Shown here piece after piece: positions 48,851 to 57,116 of a stretch of DNA of 64,000 nucleotides (position 1 is its first letter; every line of letters starts with the position of its first letter). The DNA lies in contig OZ241916.1 in NCBI GenBank assembly GCA_965203865.1, forward strand, positions 2,872,738-2,936,737, read 5' to 3'. The translations under genes and the position numbers were made by a program. Source of the DNA: Arenicellales bacterium. Its GTDB lineage: Bacteria; Pseudomonadota; Gammaproteobacteria; Arenicellales; JAJDZL01. The notes below the pieces were generated by a model. It was not told where the DNA came from and did not search any database. It saw only the letters and a program-made list of their open reading frames with translations.

Positions 48851-49486
48851 TTGTCAAGTCGGTTTGTTGATTCGTTAAAAATATGAGATTCGGACTACCA
48901 TTTTTAAGAGCACAAGATACTTGCATGATGCCATGCTGCCCAGCGACTAAAGAGGGGCTGTGTACTTTTCGGATTAAGGGGGGAGAAGTGTAGCTGAGAC
49001 GATGGCTAAAGGTATCAAGCGGTTGGCCGCATGAAGATTCCGCGGGGAACGGCATGGCATCATCCTGTATTGTCGGAAACTTTTGGCAGTCTCCATATTC
49101 CATTGAATTGGCCCGAATGCAAGTAAGCGAACCAGAGTTGGCCAGCCCGTGTGGTGAGCTCGTCTAAAATCCGCGAAAGTCAGTCAGGAAGAGCCTTGCA
49201 AAGCGCTGAATCTCCACTTTGCAACAGCGAATAAAGCGCCACCCAGCTATTCTTCAGTTATAGCAAGGCATCAATTCGCAGATTCTAAAATCTGTTCAGC
49301 ATTCATCAATTCTTGGCATACAATAAATTTGACAGAAATCTGTGCAAGTTGATCGCTTTGTACACAATTTACATGCGCCATGGCTTTGGTTACCATGGTG
49401 ATATTGTGGTATTGAATTGGTCCTTGTATATAAGGTTGTATTTGCCGTAAATTAAATATCTCTGCATTTAAAAACTTACTGACTGC

Positions 49487-50365
49487 ATGATTGAGTATCT
49501 AAATATTGCAAGACATGTTCTGGAGAACGGAACTCGGAAAGAAAGTCGAACTGGAGTCGATACGATTTCAGCATTCAATTACAACTACCAGATTGACCTT
49601 CGAAATGGATTTCCGCTGCTTACAACAAAAGAAATCTCCTGGAAGAATATTGTCGTTGAAAATCTGTGGTTTCTTTCGGGCCAGAGGCATATCGGGCTAC
49701 TCAGAAAGCACGGTTGCAAATTTTGGGACCCTTGGGCCGATGAAGACGGCTATGTTCCCAGTGCCTACGGAAACTTTTGGAGATACTTTCCAGTTGGCAA
49801 CGGCGTTCAAACCGTTTGCAATGATCAAATTGCATGGGTTCTGGAACAGATAAGATCAAACCCGTTCAGTCGCCGGCATGTTGTAACGGCTTGGGACCCC
49901 GGCAATGCGCAAAACAGCGCCTTGCCGCCCTGCCATGCTTTCTGGGCGCTGAATGTTCAAGTGGACAACAATGGCGAGCCGAATCTTTGCCTTCACCTGA
50001 CTCAGCGCAGTGCGGATGTTGCGTTGGGCGTTCCGTACAACATTGCCGGATATTCATTTTTGCTTGAGTTGTTTGGCCGCCTGACAGGAATCAGGCCGGC
50101 GATATTCGCGCATACATTAATTGATTCGCATATCTATACCGCAAAGTCCGATGGTAGCCAGAGCGAGTACGATCATGTTCCCGGGCTTCAAAACCAGATT
50201 TCCAGGTCACCCAGACAACTGCCCAAACTTACAATTAGCCCGGACATCAAAACACTTGCAGATGTAACTGCAGTTCTCGAAATGGATACGCATGAAATTT
50301 TGGACATGTTTCAACTTTCCGGCTACGACCCTCACCCTGCAATTCAGTTTCGGGTTGCAGTTTGA
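49487..50365 (+). CDS. thyA: thymidylate synthase
   Basis: 292-aa ORF. MIEYLNIARHVLENGTRKESRTGVDTIS, the catalytic-Cys context ALPPCHAFW, and SADVALGVPYNIA. Confidence 0.93.
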   Translation: MIEYLNIARHVLENGTRKESRTGVDTISAFNYNYQIDLRNGFPLLTTKEISWKNIVVENLWFLSGQRHIGLLRKHGCKFWDPWADEDGYVPSAYGNFWRYFPVGNGVQTVCNDQIAWVLEQIRSNPFSRRHVVTAWDPGNAQNSALPPCHAFWALNVQVDNNGEPNLCLHLTQRSADVALGVPYNIAGYSFLLELFGRLTGIRPAIFAHTLIDSHIYTAKSDGSQSEYDHVPGLQNQISRSPRQLPKLTISPDIKTLADVTAVLEMDTHEILDMFQLSGYDPHPAIQFRVAV

Positions 50366-50371
50366 ATTCCA

Positions 50372-50488
50372 ATGAACATTAGCCCGGGCATGAATCGTCA
50401 ACACAGAATTATCATTGCCGCGACCCTGGACGGTTCAATTCCTTGGCATTACTCTGCCAACCTAAGGCGCTTCAAGGAGGATTTGAAG
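50372..50488 (+). pseudogene. relic duplicate of the folA 5' end
   Basis: MNISPGMNRQHRIIIAATLDGSIPWHYSANLRRFK parallels the intact folA N-terminus (MNISPGMTPQRGIIVAMTLDGVIGLDGSIPWHYSADLKRFK). It lacks 6 codons and then runs into an unrelated gene. Confidence 0.75.
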
Positions 50489-50857
50489 ATGAAGAGAACT
50501 TACATGCTGTTGTCTATATTCTTTGTATGGGCGTTGTTCGCGCCGTTTGCAAAGGCAAATGCAACAGAGCTGACACCGGATGAGTTTCAGTCGCTCGCGG
50601 TGCTTCAGGACCATGTTGACAAGTGCAGTTCAAGGCATGAGTATCCAGAGAAAAATTTTGACTGGTGCATTGAGTTTGAGGCAGTGATGAATTGGTGTGA
50701 AAATGCTCTTGGGGGCGGCACGCAATCGGCGGGATTCAGCATTCGTGTATTTGAGTGCATGAACAAAAGACTGGACCGGCCCATGTCCAATCGCACGAAT
50801 ACAAGTTTGATCGCGTTGCCGTCTATGGCGACGCATGCAGAATCAAGTACGTGGTAA
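50489..50857 (+). CDS. small secreted Cys-containing protein, unknown function
   Basis: Internal start MKRTYMLLSIFFVWALFAPFAKA (signal peptide), preceded by a strong SD (AAGGAGG) 9 nt upstream. 122 aa. The 3' end is uncertain because a possible frameshift leads into ORF 50755..51033. Confidence 0.55.
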   Translation: MKRTYMLLSIFFVWALFAPFAKANATELTPDEFQSLAVLQDHVDKCSSRHEYPEKNFDWCIEFEAVMNWCENALGGGTQSAGFSIRVFECMNKRLDRPMSNRTNTSLIALPSMATHAESSTW

Positions 50858-51051
50858 AGCATAGCATTGAGAATACTAGCCCAGACGACACCATTCTTCT
50901 CGAAAATGTCCGGGGGATTCATAGCCGGATACGAGGATGCTCGCAAGCGACCATGCTGGAAGCAAGGATAAGGTGGAGCAGGAGATTGGGGATGAGAGGG
51001 AGGCCTGTATCAAGGCAACGAGAATGCCGTTGAGCATAGGCTTTAATTGCA

Positions 51052-51546
51052 TTGAACATTAGCCCAGGCATGACTCCTCAACGCGGGATTATCGTCGCCA
51101 TGACCCTGGACGGTGTAATTGGTCTGGACGGGTCGATTCCTTGGCATTACTCTGCCGACCTGAAGCGCTTCAAAAAAACAACTCTGGACTCCACCGTAAT
51201 AATGGGACGACACACTTGGGAGTCCCTCCCGATTCGTCCACTGCCGCAAAGACAGAATATCGTAGTTGCCAGCAGTCTTGATTCTGATGTTGAACACTAT
51301 CCGTCCATTCAGGAAGCAATGAACAATGCGACGAATCCAACCCTCTGGTTCATCGGGGGAGCAAGGATATACGAGGAGGCTGTAAACTACTGCGACAGAA
51401 TGGATATAACAATTGTTCCTGATCGTATCAAGGCATCAAACAGCGTCAGGTTTCCACAAATTGACTGGTCAGCGTGGCATGAATCATCAACAACGATTTT
51501 TGAAGATGACCCTCGTCTCCGCCATCAAGTCTACACAAAACTATAG
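51052..51546 (+). CDS. folA: dihydrofolate reductase
   Basis: IIVAMTLDGVIGLDGSIPWHYSADLKRFKKTTLDSTVIMGRHTWESLP and WFIGGARIYEEA are typical DHFR motifs. The ORF-track start is a TTG at 51052, but the ATG at 51070 (MTPQRG) is the likelier start. Confidence 0.9.
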   Translation: MNISPGMTPQRGIIVAMTLDGVIGLDGSIPWHYSADLKRFKKTTLDSTVIMGRHTWESLPIRPLPQRQNIVVASSLDSDVEHYPSIQEAMNNATNPTLWFIGGARIYEEAVNYCDRMDITIVPDRIKASNSVRFPQIDWSAWHESSTTIFEDDPRLRHQVYTKL

Positions 51547-51580
51547 ATACAGCAATTCTGGACGAGCGCTTGTGAAACTT

Positions 51581-52534
51581 CTACTGTTTCATCAGGCACT
51601 GAAGATGCGTCGCAACGCATTGCGACAGAGCGTTAAGATCGTACCCGCCTTCCAGAAGAGCAATCAACCGGCCTTCGGCATATTTGTCCGCCACCTCCAT
51701 CAATCTGTCACTCATCCATCCGAAACATTCTGTACTTAGCTGAATCTGTCCAAGCGGGTCTGCAGCGTGCGCATCAAAGCCGGCTGAAATTAGTACTGCA
51801 TCCGGCTTGAACTTGTCTATTGCTGGCATAATTCGCTCCTGAAAAGCATCTTCGTATCTGGAGTCATTCGAGCCGGCAGACATTGGACAGTTCACCGTTG
51901 CATTCGCGCCTTTCCCTGTGCCGGTTTCACTGTAAGAGCCGGTTCCGGGATAGTAGGGGTATTGGTGCAGGCTTGCAAACAACACTGTGGGGTCGTCCTC
52001 GAACGAATGCTGAGTTCCGTTTCCGTGGTGAACATCCCAGTCCAGAATCAGTATTTTTTCCAAACTGTATTGTTCCTGCAGATACCGCGCGCTGATTGCA
52101 ATATTGTTAAACAGGCAAAATCCCATTGCATGGGAAGACTCTGCATGATGCCCCGGCGGCCTTGACAAGGAAAATCCATTGGCAATTTCGCCGCGCATCA
52201 AGCTGTCTACAAGCTCCAGTGCGCCGCCGGTAGCCAGGCGAGCAACATTGTACGACTCTTTGCTAATGCGCACATCCGGGTCGTCCAGCATATGCGATTC
52301 AGACTGGCACATGTCCCGGGCATGGTCAACATAGTCCGGCTTGTGAATTCTTTCTATCCACTCGCGCTCGGCAAGCCGAGGTTGAATTTGATGCAATTCT
52401 TCAAACCATGGTTGAACTTGCAAGTAATCCATTGCAGCGGTCAACCGACTACTGTTTTCCGGAAATCTGTTGCCTGTATTGTGGTTAAGAAATCGCGAAT
52501 CGTAAACAAAGCCTGTCTTTGGCATAGTTATCAT
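51581..52534 (-). CDS. histone deacetylase-family amidohydrolase (acetoin utilisation / acetylpolyamine amidohydrolase-like)
   Basis: RPPGHHAE, ILDWDVHHGNGTQ and SAGFDAH motifs. The likely start is an internal Met (MITMPKTGFVYD). The ORF extends to 52621. Confidence 0.88.
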   Translation of the reverse strand: MITMPKTGFVYDSRFLNHNTGNRFPENSSRLTAAMDYLQVQPWFEELHQIQPRLAEREWIERIHKPDYVDHARDMCQSESHMLDDPDVRISKESYNVARLATGGALELVDSLMRGEIANGFSLSRPPGHHAESSHAMGFCLFNNIAISARYLQEQYSLEKILILDWDVHHGNGTQHSFEDDPTVLFASLHQYPYYPGTGSYSETGTGKGANATVNCPMSAGSNDSRYEDAFQERIMPAIDKFKPDAVLISAGFDAHAADPLGQIQLSTECFGWMSDRLMEVADKYAEGRLIALLEGGYDLNALSQCVATHLQCLMKQ

Positions 52535-52734
52535 GGCTCCCGAATGTGCTTGTATGAAATTTGAATTGTGCAGATTTACCGCAATACCATAACACAGTGC
52601 ACCAATCCGGCACGTGAACAAAAATTTATTTTGGAAACAGGTAAATCTTCGAAGACGAAGATTGAAGTTGAAGGTTTACATGCATTGATTTATTTCAGCG
52701 ATAACAATGCAACCCATATAATCCTTGCCAGAGT

Positions 52735-53502
52735 ATGAAGATTCTTTTAATTAATCCTAACACCACCAGCATGATTACCGACCGTGCACTCGATGCGGCG
52801 CGCTTGGTTGCATCGCCCGATACAGTCATTGAAGGAGTGACCGGGCATTTCGGTGCTCCCATCATTAACAGCATGACAGACAACGCCATCGGCACCTTCT
52901 GTGCAATTGAACTGGCCGCCAGGCATTATCGCGACTACGACGCAATTGTGCTTGCCGTATCGTTTGACACAGGACTCCACGAACTGAGAGAAATGCTGGA
53001 TATTCCTGTAGCGGGAATGAGCGAATCAGCGATGCGCGAGGCTAGCCGACTTGGAAATCGATTCGCACTCGTTTCGTTTGGGGCACGAACAAAGCCCCTA
53101 TACGAGAATCTGTCCGTTCGATACGGGAAGCAACCACAGCTTGCGAGTGTCAGGTGCATTGAAAATCTTGCACCGTCCCAGATGAGCGACATTGATTATT
53201 TGGCAGAGTGCGTCGCTGCCGAGCTGCATGAAGCTGTTCAATACGACAATGCTGATGTGGGGGTGCTTTGCGCTACGGTATTTACAGGGCTGGGTGAAAA
53301 AATGAATATTGATATTCCGGTAGTGGACGGAATAACGGTAGCAATTCAAGAATTGGAAATGTCGCAGAACCACCCGGACATTCTTGATGCGCTGACCAGT
53401 TCGGATTATCCAGAGAGAAAAACTCTTGGATGTGTTTCCGATGAGCTGAATAACTTGTATATGAATTTTCCGGCTGAAAAGAACACTTCTTTAAAAAATT
53501 GA
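52735..53502 (+). CDS. Asp/Glu/hydantoin racemase-family protein
   Basis: 255-aa ORF. The MKILLINPNTT N-terminus and overall pattern are typical of this family. I did not locate the catalytic Cys pair. Confidence 0.6.
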   Translation: MKILLINPNTTSMITDRALDAARLVASPDTVIEGVTGHFGAPIINSMTDNAIGTFCAIELAARHYRDYDAIVLAVSFDTGLHELREMLDIPVAGMSESAMREASRLGNRFALVSFGARTKPLYENLSVRYGKQPQLASVRCIENLAPSQMSDIDYLAECVAAELHEAVQYDNADVGVLCATVFTGLGEKMNIDIPVVDGITVAIQELEMSQNHPDILDALTSSDYPERKTLGCVSDELNNLYMNFPAEKNTSLKN

Positions 53503-53507
53503 TTGAC

Positions 53508-54101
53508 TCATTCGTTTTTCAGGCGAGCCTGCTTTCCAAGGTAGCCGCCGTGGTGACGAAGTCCGTAGTCGTGTCTTGTGATTCCTTTTTGCGTCATTAA
53601 AACAAGTGCAAGCGCGTCGGCTATGGCATTCATTACTGCAATACTGGCCGTAGGAGTCAGCCCCAATGGGCATGGCTCCTGAATCACACCCATTTCCAGA
53701 ATCAGGTCGCAGTGCTGACGCAACTCGGAATCCGGGTGAGATGTAATACCGATTACTTTTTCCAATCCAATATGCTTGCCAAGTTCAAGCATTTCAATCA
53801 CTTCTCGAGTTTTGCCGCTCGTGGAAAACGCAACCATGCAATCCTTTTCAGAGATTACCCCGAGATCCCCGTGAGCCGCTTCGCCAGGGTGAATATATAC
53901 AGCAGGCGTGCCGGTGGAGCATAGTGTCACAGCAAATTTTTTTGCTGCAAGACCCGCCTTCCCCATACCGGTTGACAGAATTTTACCTTGGCAATTCTCC
54001 AGAATTTCAACTGCCTTCACAAAAGAGTCGTTGACTTCCACTGAATTTATGGCTTTGGCCTCAGAGTCAAGTATTTTCTTGATTTGGTTACTTGTCTTCA
54101 T
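53508..54101 (-). CDS. SIS-domain sugar-phosphate isomerase (KpsF/GutQ-like or hexulose-6-P isomerase-like, no CBS domains)
   Basis: 197-aa ORF. GKILSTGMGKAGLAAKKFAVTLCSTGTPAVYIHPGEAAHGDLG and AFSTSGKTRE are SIS hallmarks. Confidence 0.85.
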   Translation of the reverse strand: MKTSNQIKKILDSEAKAINSVEVNDSFVKAVEILENCQGKILSTGMGKAGLAAKKFAVTLCSTGTPAVYIHPGEAAHGDLGVISEKDCMVAFSTSGKTREVIEMLELGKHIGLEKVIGITSHPDSELRQHCDLILEMGVIQEPCPLGLTPTASIAVMNAIADALALVLMTQKGITRHDYGLRHHGGYLGKQARLKNE

Positions 54102-54365
54102 TCGATTTGAATCAGTTTACAGATTGTCATTTAACCTTGAGTACACTCGCTAATCAATTTAATTCAAATTCATCGGCAGTACTGAACTATGATTGCAGCA
54201 CACCGCTGCGAGTCAAAAGGCTATTGTAGTTTTTAGAATTGTAATTCAACAGGTACGTGGGGATGCCGATGAATAGAATATTTGTCATTTTTACTCAAGC
54301 ATCAAGTTTTGCAATAAGTTTCAAAGTGAATGTGCAGAACCCCTCGTATTTCTCATTCGGATGCT
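53942..54365. repeat. 424-bp direct repeat, copy 1 (SIS gene 5' end plus its upstream region)
   Basis: Hand alignment to 56238..56661 with a constant 2296-nt offset. Only scattered mismatches. Confidence 0.85.
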
Positions 54366-54415
54366 GGTCTCAGAATACTTTGATATATTGTATTGCCAAT
54401 TTCAAAATTATCTTT

Positions 54416-54598
54416 CATGCATCTAACCATAAGTAAGGAAAATCCGAATCGGCACATGCTCAACAGTGGTCTGCAGAGTTCATTCCAGCAACTGAGGTTT
54501 CCATTAGCAGCTATTAAAGGGGAAAACAAACTCGCCAGCGTGCCAATCTGGACCGTTTTGTTGTATTATTCGACAACCCTTTAATAGTTAGAGGCATG
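54416..54598. mobile_element. MITE-like element, copy A (183 bp)
   Basis: Terminal inverted repeats CATGCATCTAACCAT / ATAGTTAGAGGCATG (13 of 15 matched). Roughly 70% identical to copy B, with perfectly conserved internal blocks such as GGGGAAAACAAACTCGCCAGC. The flanking 8-mers match only partly (TTATCTTT vs TTATATAA). Confidence 0.6.
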
Positions 54599-54646
54599 TT
54601 ATATAATTTGAATGCAGCTAGATTTCCAACGGATGGAGGTGATTTG

Positions 54647-55750
54647 ATGCAACGTGTTGAATATCTAAAGATAAGCCTAGATGAAGCCCGCTTTGACAAG
54701 GGCAATATACCCTCGGACGTTCAAAAATTACTTAATTGTGTCAGAGATTTTTTTGGGGAAATTGCCAAGTGGAGATTTGAATTGGACAATCTGGACAAGG
54801 ATATTGCCTCAGAAAAAGAATTTTTAGAATTAATTAGAAATCTGGAATCTGCACAATCAAATCAAGAAAGTCTTGAAAAGAATGAAAATGAATTTTCCAC
54901 CTGTTTTGAGTTGGCTAAGAGAGACTTTATTGAAATAATAAACTCGGCAAATCGAAATAAAGTTGTAGAAAGTGTAGTTCCATTTGAAATTTTAAAATTG
55001 TTCGAGAAAGAAAGAAGTTTTCGTGTAGATAAAACAATAAAACTTGAATTTCATCAAAATTCTGAGCCAATTCTATTCACGAGAGAGGCATATCTGAGAA
55101 TTGTTGAGGTATTGTCAAATGATTTCAAGTTTGGAGAATTTTTAATTCGGTGTACAGTATCGAAAATTGACAAAGACAGTATGACCATTCATTTACTTTT
55201 TCCAAACGGAAAAAGACTGGTTGGAGCAATATCCCATCGACATCTGGAAGTTTTAATCAATGGTAAAAAGGGCAACGAGATCAAACTGAATGTAATGGTT
55301 GAAGGTTCAGGGATGTACAATGCTGACGGCGAATTAATTCGTGTTGAATCAATAAAAGAAATTACTCCGTTTGACCTATCTGATGTTCTAACCCGCCTGG
55401 ATGAGTTTCGTGATTTGAAAAAAGGCTGGCTAGACGGGGAAGAAGGCGTACCACCAAGTTTCGAAGGTTTGGATTGGCTGTCATCGTTGATTAAGAACAA
55501 ATTTCTGAGCGACGTGCCATTACCCTATACTTATCCCAAACCCGATGGTGGAATACAGCTAGAATGGTCGTTTCCTAATAGTATTGATGCAGACTTGGAA
55601 GTGGATTTAATTTCTCATACTGGTTTATGGACAAATTACGATATGTCAAACAATTGCAACCCCACTACACAAAAACTTGCACTGGACGAAAATAATGACT
55701 GGACATGGTTGATAGAAAAAATCAAGTCACTGAGTGAGGTTCGCGTTTGA
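54647..55750 (+). CDS. hypothetical protein: coiled-coil N-terminal half plus a C-terminal domain shared with ORF 57117..57563
   Basis: The ORF-track start at 54596 lies inside the MITE terminus. The ATG at 54647 (MQRVEYLK) has a GGAGG SD 8 nt upstream. 367 aa. Confidence 0.7.
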   Translation: MQRVEYLKISLDEARFDKGNIPSDVQKLLNCVRDFFGEIAKWRFELDNLDKDIASEKEFLELIRNLESAQSNQESLEKNENEFSTCFELAKRDFIEIINSANRNKVVESVVPFEILKLFEKERSFRVDKTIKLEFHQNSEPILFTREAYLRIVEVLSNDFKFGEFLIRCTVSKIDKDSMTIHLLFPNGKRLVGAISHRHLEVLINGKKGNEIKLNVMVEGSGMYNADGELIRVESIKEITPFDLSDVLTRLDEFRDLKKGWLDGEEGVPPSFEGLDWLSSLIKNKFLSDVPLPYTYPKPDGGIQLEWSFPNSIDADLEVDLISHTGLWTNYDMSNNCNPTTQKLALDENNDWTWLIEKIKSLSEVRV

Positions 55751-56121
55751 ATAACCAAACCTTGCTTCTCAGGCAAGTGCATCCAAATTTTATAGACAAG
55801 GGCATTATTACCAGACAAGTTTTTCAACCCACAAGAACAAATCCTCAACTATCCGTTTATGATGGCGACCAAATTAATGCTGAAGATTCCTGGATACACT
55901 TCACACAAAAATTACATCGCCTCTCTAGGGGCGTGGTCGCAGTATCTGTTGAAGAGTGCAGTTCGATAGAAGCACTTGAAGTTAAACCTGACCCGGGCGA
56001 ATTTCCAGAACATGCGTTAATTTCCTTTGTTGAAAAATTTTCCAGAAGCGAATTGAAGAGAATTTCGACATTTCTTCAGAGTAAAGCACATCAACGAGGT
56101 TGGCTATACAAGCCTCAGTAG
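55747..56121 (+). CDS. hypothetical 124-aa protein (candidate toxin/effector partner)
   Basis: A TTG start overlaps the upstream stop (GTTTGAAT). The sequence is MNNQTLLLRQVHPNFIDKGIITRQVFQPT...LSVYDG...EFPEHALISF, and no family could be assigned. Confidence 0.6.
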   Translation: MNNQTLLLRQVHPNFIDKGIITRQVFQPTRTNPQLSVYDGDQINAEDSWIHFTQKLHRLSRGVVAVSVEECSSIEALEVKPDPGEFPEHALISFVEKFSRSELKRISTFLQSKAHQRGWLYKPQ

Positions 56122-56237
56122 TTCTTACTTACATGCTTTGGTAACCTGTTTCTGAACTTCGTCACGTAATACCCATTATTGATGAGTTTGTGTTCCGCTT
56201 CAATCGCCGATTCTGGGAACCCCAGTTGCTGGACCGA

Positions 56238-56397
56238 TTGCTGCGAGACCCGCCTTCCCCATACCGGTTGACAGAATTTTACCTCGGCAATTCTCCAGAA
56301 TTTCAACTGCCTTCACAAAAGAGTCGTTGACTTCCACTGAATTTATGGCTTTGGCCTCAGAGTCAAGTATTTTCTTGATTTGGTTACTTGTCTTCAT
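56238..56397 (-). pseudogene. truncated duplicate of the SIS gene 5' end (first ~53 codons)
   Basis: MKTSNQIKKILDSEAKAINSVEVNDSFVKAVEILENC.GKILSTGMGKAGLAA is identical to 53508..54101 except for one residue. Homology then breaks. Confidence 0.85.
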
Positions 56398-56661
56398 TCG
56401 ATTTGAATCAGTTTACAGATTGTCATTTAACCTTGAGTACACTCGCTAATCAATTTAATTCAGATTCTATCGGCAGTACTGAACTATGGTTGCAGCACAC
56501 CGCTGCGAGTCAAAAGGCTATTGTAGTTTTTAGAATTGTAATTCAACAGGTACGTGGGGATGCCGATGAATAGAATATTTGTCATTTTTACTCAAGCATC
56601 AAGTTTTGCAATAAGTTTCAAAGTGAATGTGCAAAACCCCCGCATTTCTCATTCGGATGCT
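56238..56661. repeat. 424-bp direct repeat, copy 2
   Basis: See copy 1. Confidence 0.85.
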
Positions 56662-56856
56662 CAATTCAGCGAGCTGTCGTTGATTTCAATCTATGCGGCG
56701 ATGGAGCTGGTTGAGAAAAAACTGGACCGGCGAATCAATCCGACCCTTTACAAGCCTGCTGACTTTCGAGAACGAATGTCGAGAAAGGCAGAATTTGTTG
56801 TCCGTGTCCTGAATCGCCCGCATATCATTCTTGTGGGCACTCTCAATGACTCGTAA
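56662..56856 (+). pseudogene. 3' fragment of a nucleotidyltransferase-type (MNT-like) antitoxin/regulator gene
   Basis: The tail RRINPTLYKPADFRERMSRKAEFVVRVLNRPHIILVG matches the conserved C-terminus I recall for this family (..NP.vY...EF...........F...vl..Pki.l.G). The N-terminal NTase motif is missing because homology breaks at the repeat boundary. Confidence 0.45.
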
Positions 56857-57076
56857 GGAACTCGACAATCTTGTACAGATTGGGCAATTAAAGCAGGCAA
56901 GTGTTACAAAGCGGAACTTTTCAACTTTGATTCATTCGAACTGGTCCACGTTTATAGTCCCAATGACTATAGATTATAATAATGATAGAAGTAAGTCATT
57001 ATTGGACCAGAAGCCTATATTTGACTTTTTGCAAATTGACAAAAAATTATTCTGGAAAGAGATTTGTTTACTATAA
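56846..57076 (+). pseudogene. probable truncated HEPN-like partner of the MNT relic
   Basis: MTRKELDNLVQIGQLKQASVTKRNFSTLIHS overlaps the upstream stop, as in MNT/HEPN pairs. The ORF then degenerates into AT-rich sequence and ends early. Confidence 0.3.
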
Positions 57077-57116
57077 ATCGGGGAAGTGCCTGTATTCATG
57101 CAGTACTGACCACAAA

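Larger units (their letters stand above)
43905..49245. repeat. tandem duplication unit, copy 2
   Basis: See copy 1. The offset is 5889 nt at the left end. Confidence 0.8.

Noticed and set aside
48831-49103. 90-aa minus-strand ORF ending in the poly-G tract, and the plus-strand ORFs 42865..43101 and 48549..48788.
   Set aside because: They are not conserved in frame or extent between the two duplication units, so the region is more likely regulatory or non-coding.
50755-51033. 92-aa ORF overlapping the end of the small secreted-protein gene.
   Set aside because: I cannot decide by eye whether it is a frameshifted continuation, a second small gene or noise. It is preceded by an in-frame stop and has a GTG start without an SD. 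It is mentioned under the thyA-folA finding rather than called.
54393-54584. 63-aa and 71-aa ORFs (54393..54584 and 57601..57816) that are similar to each other and could be a small conserved protein.
   Set aside because: The hand codon alignment shows about 5 synonymous versus about 20 non-synonymous differences, and one copy has lost the stop. The similarity is better explained at the DNA level (TIRs, TSD), so I treat them as a MITE-like element.
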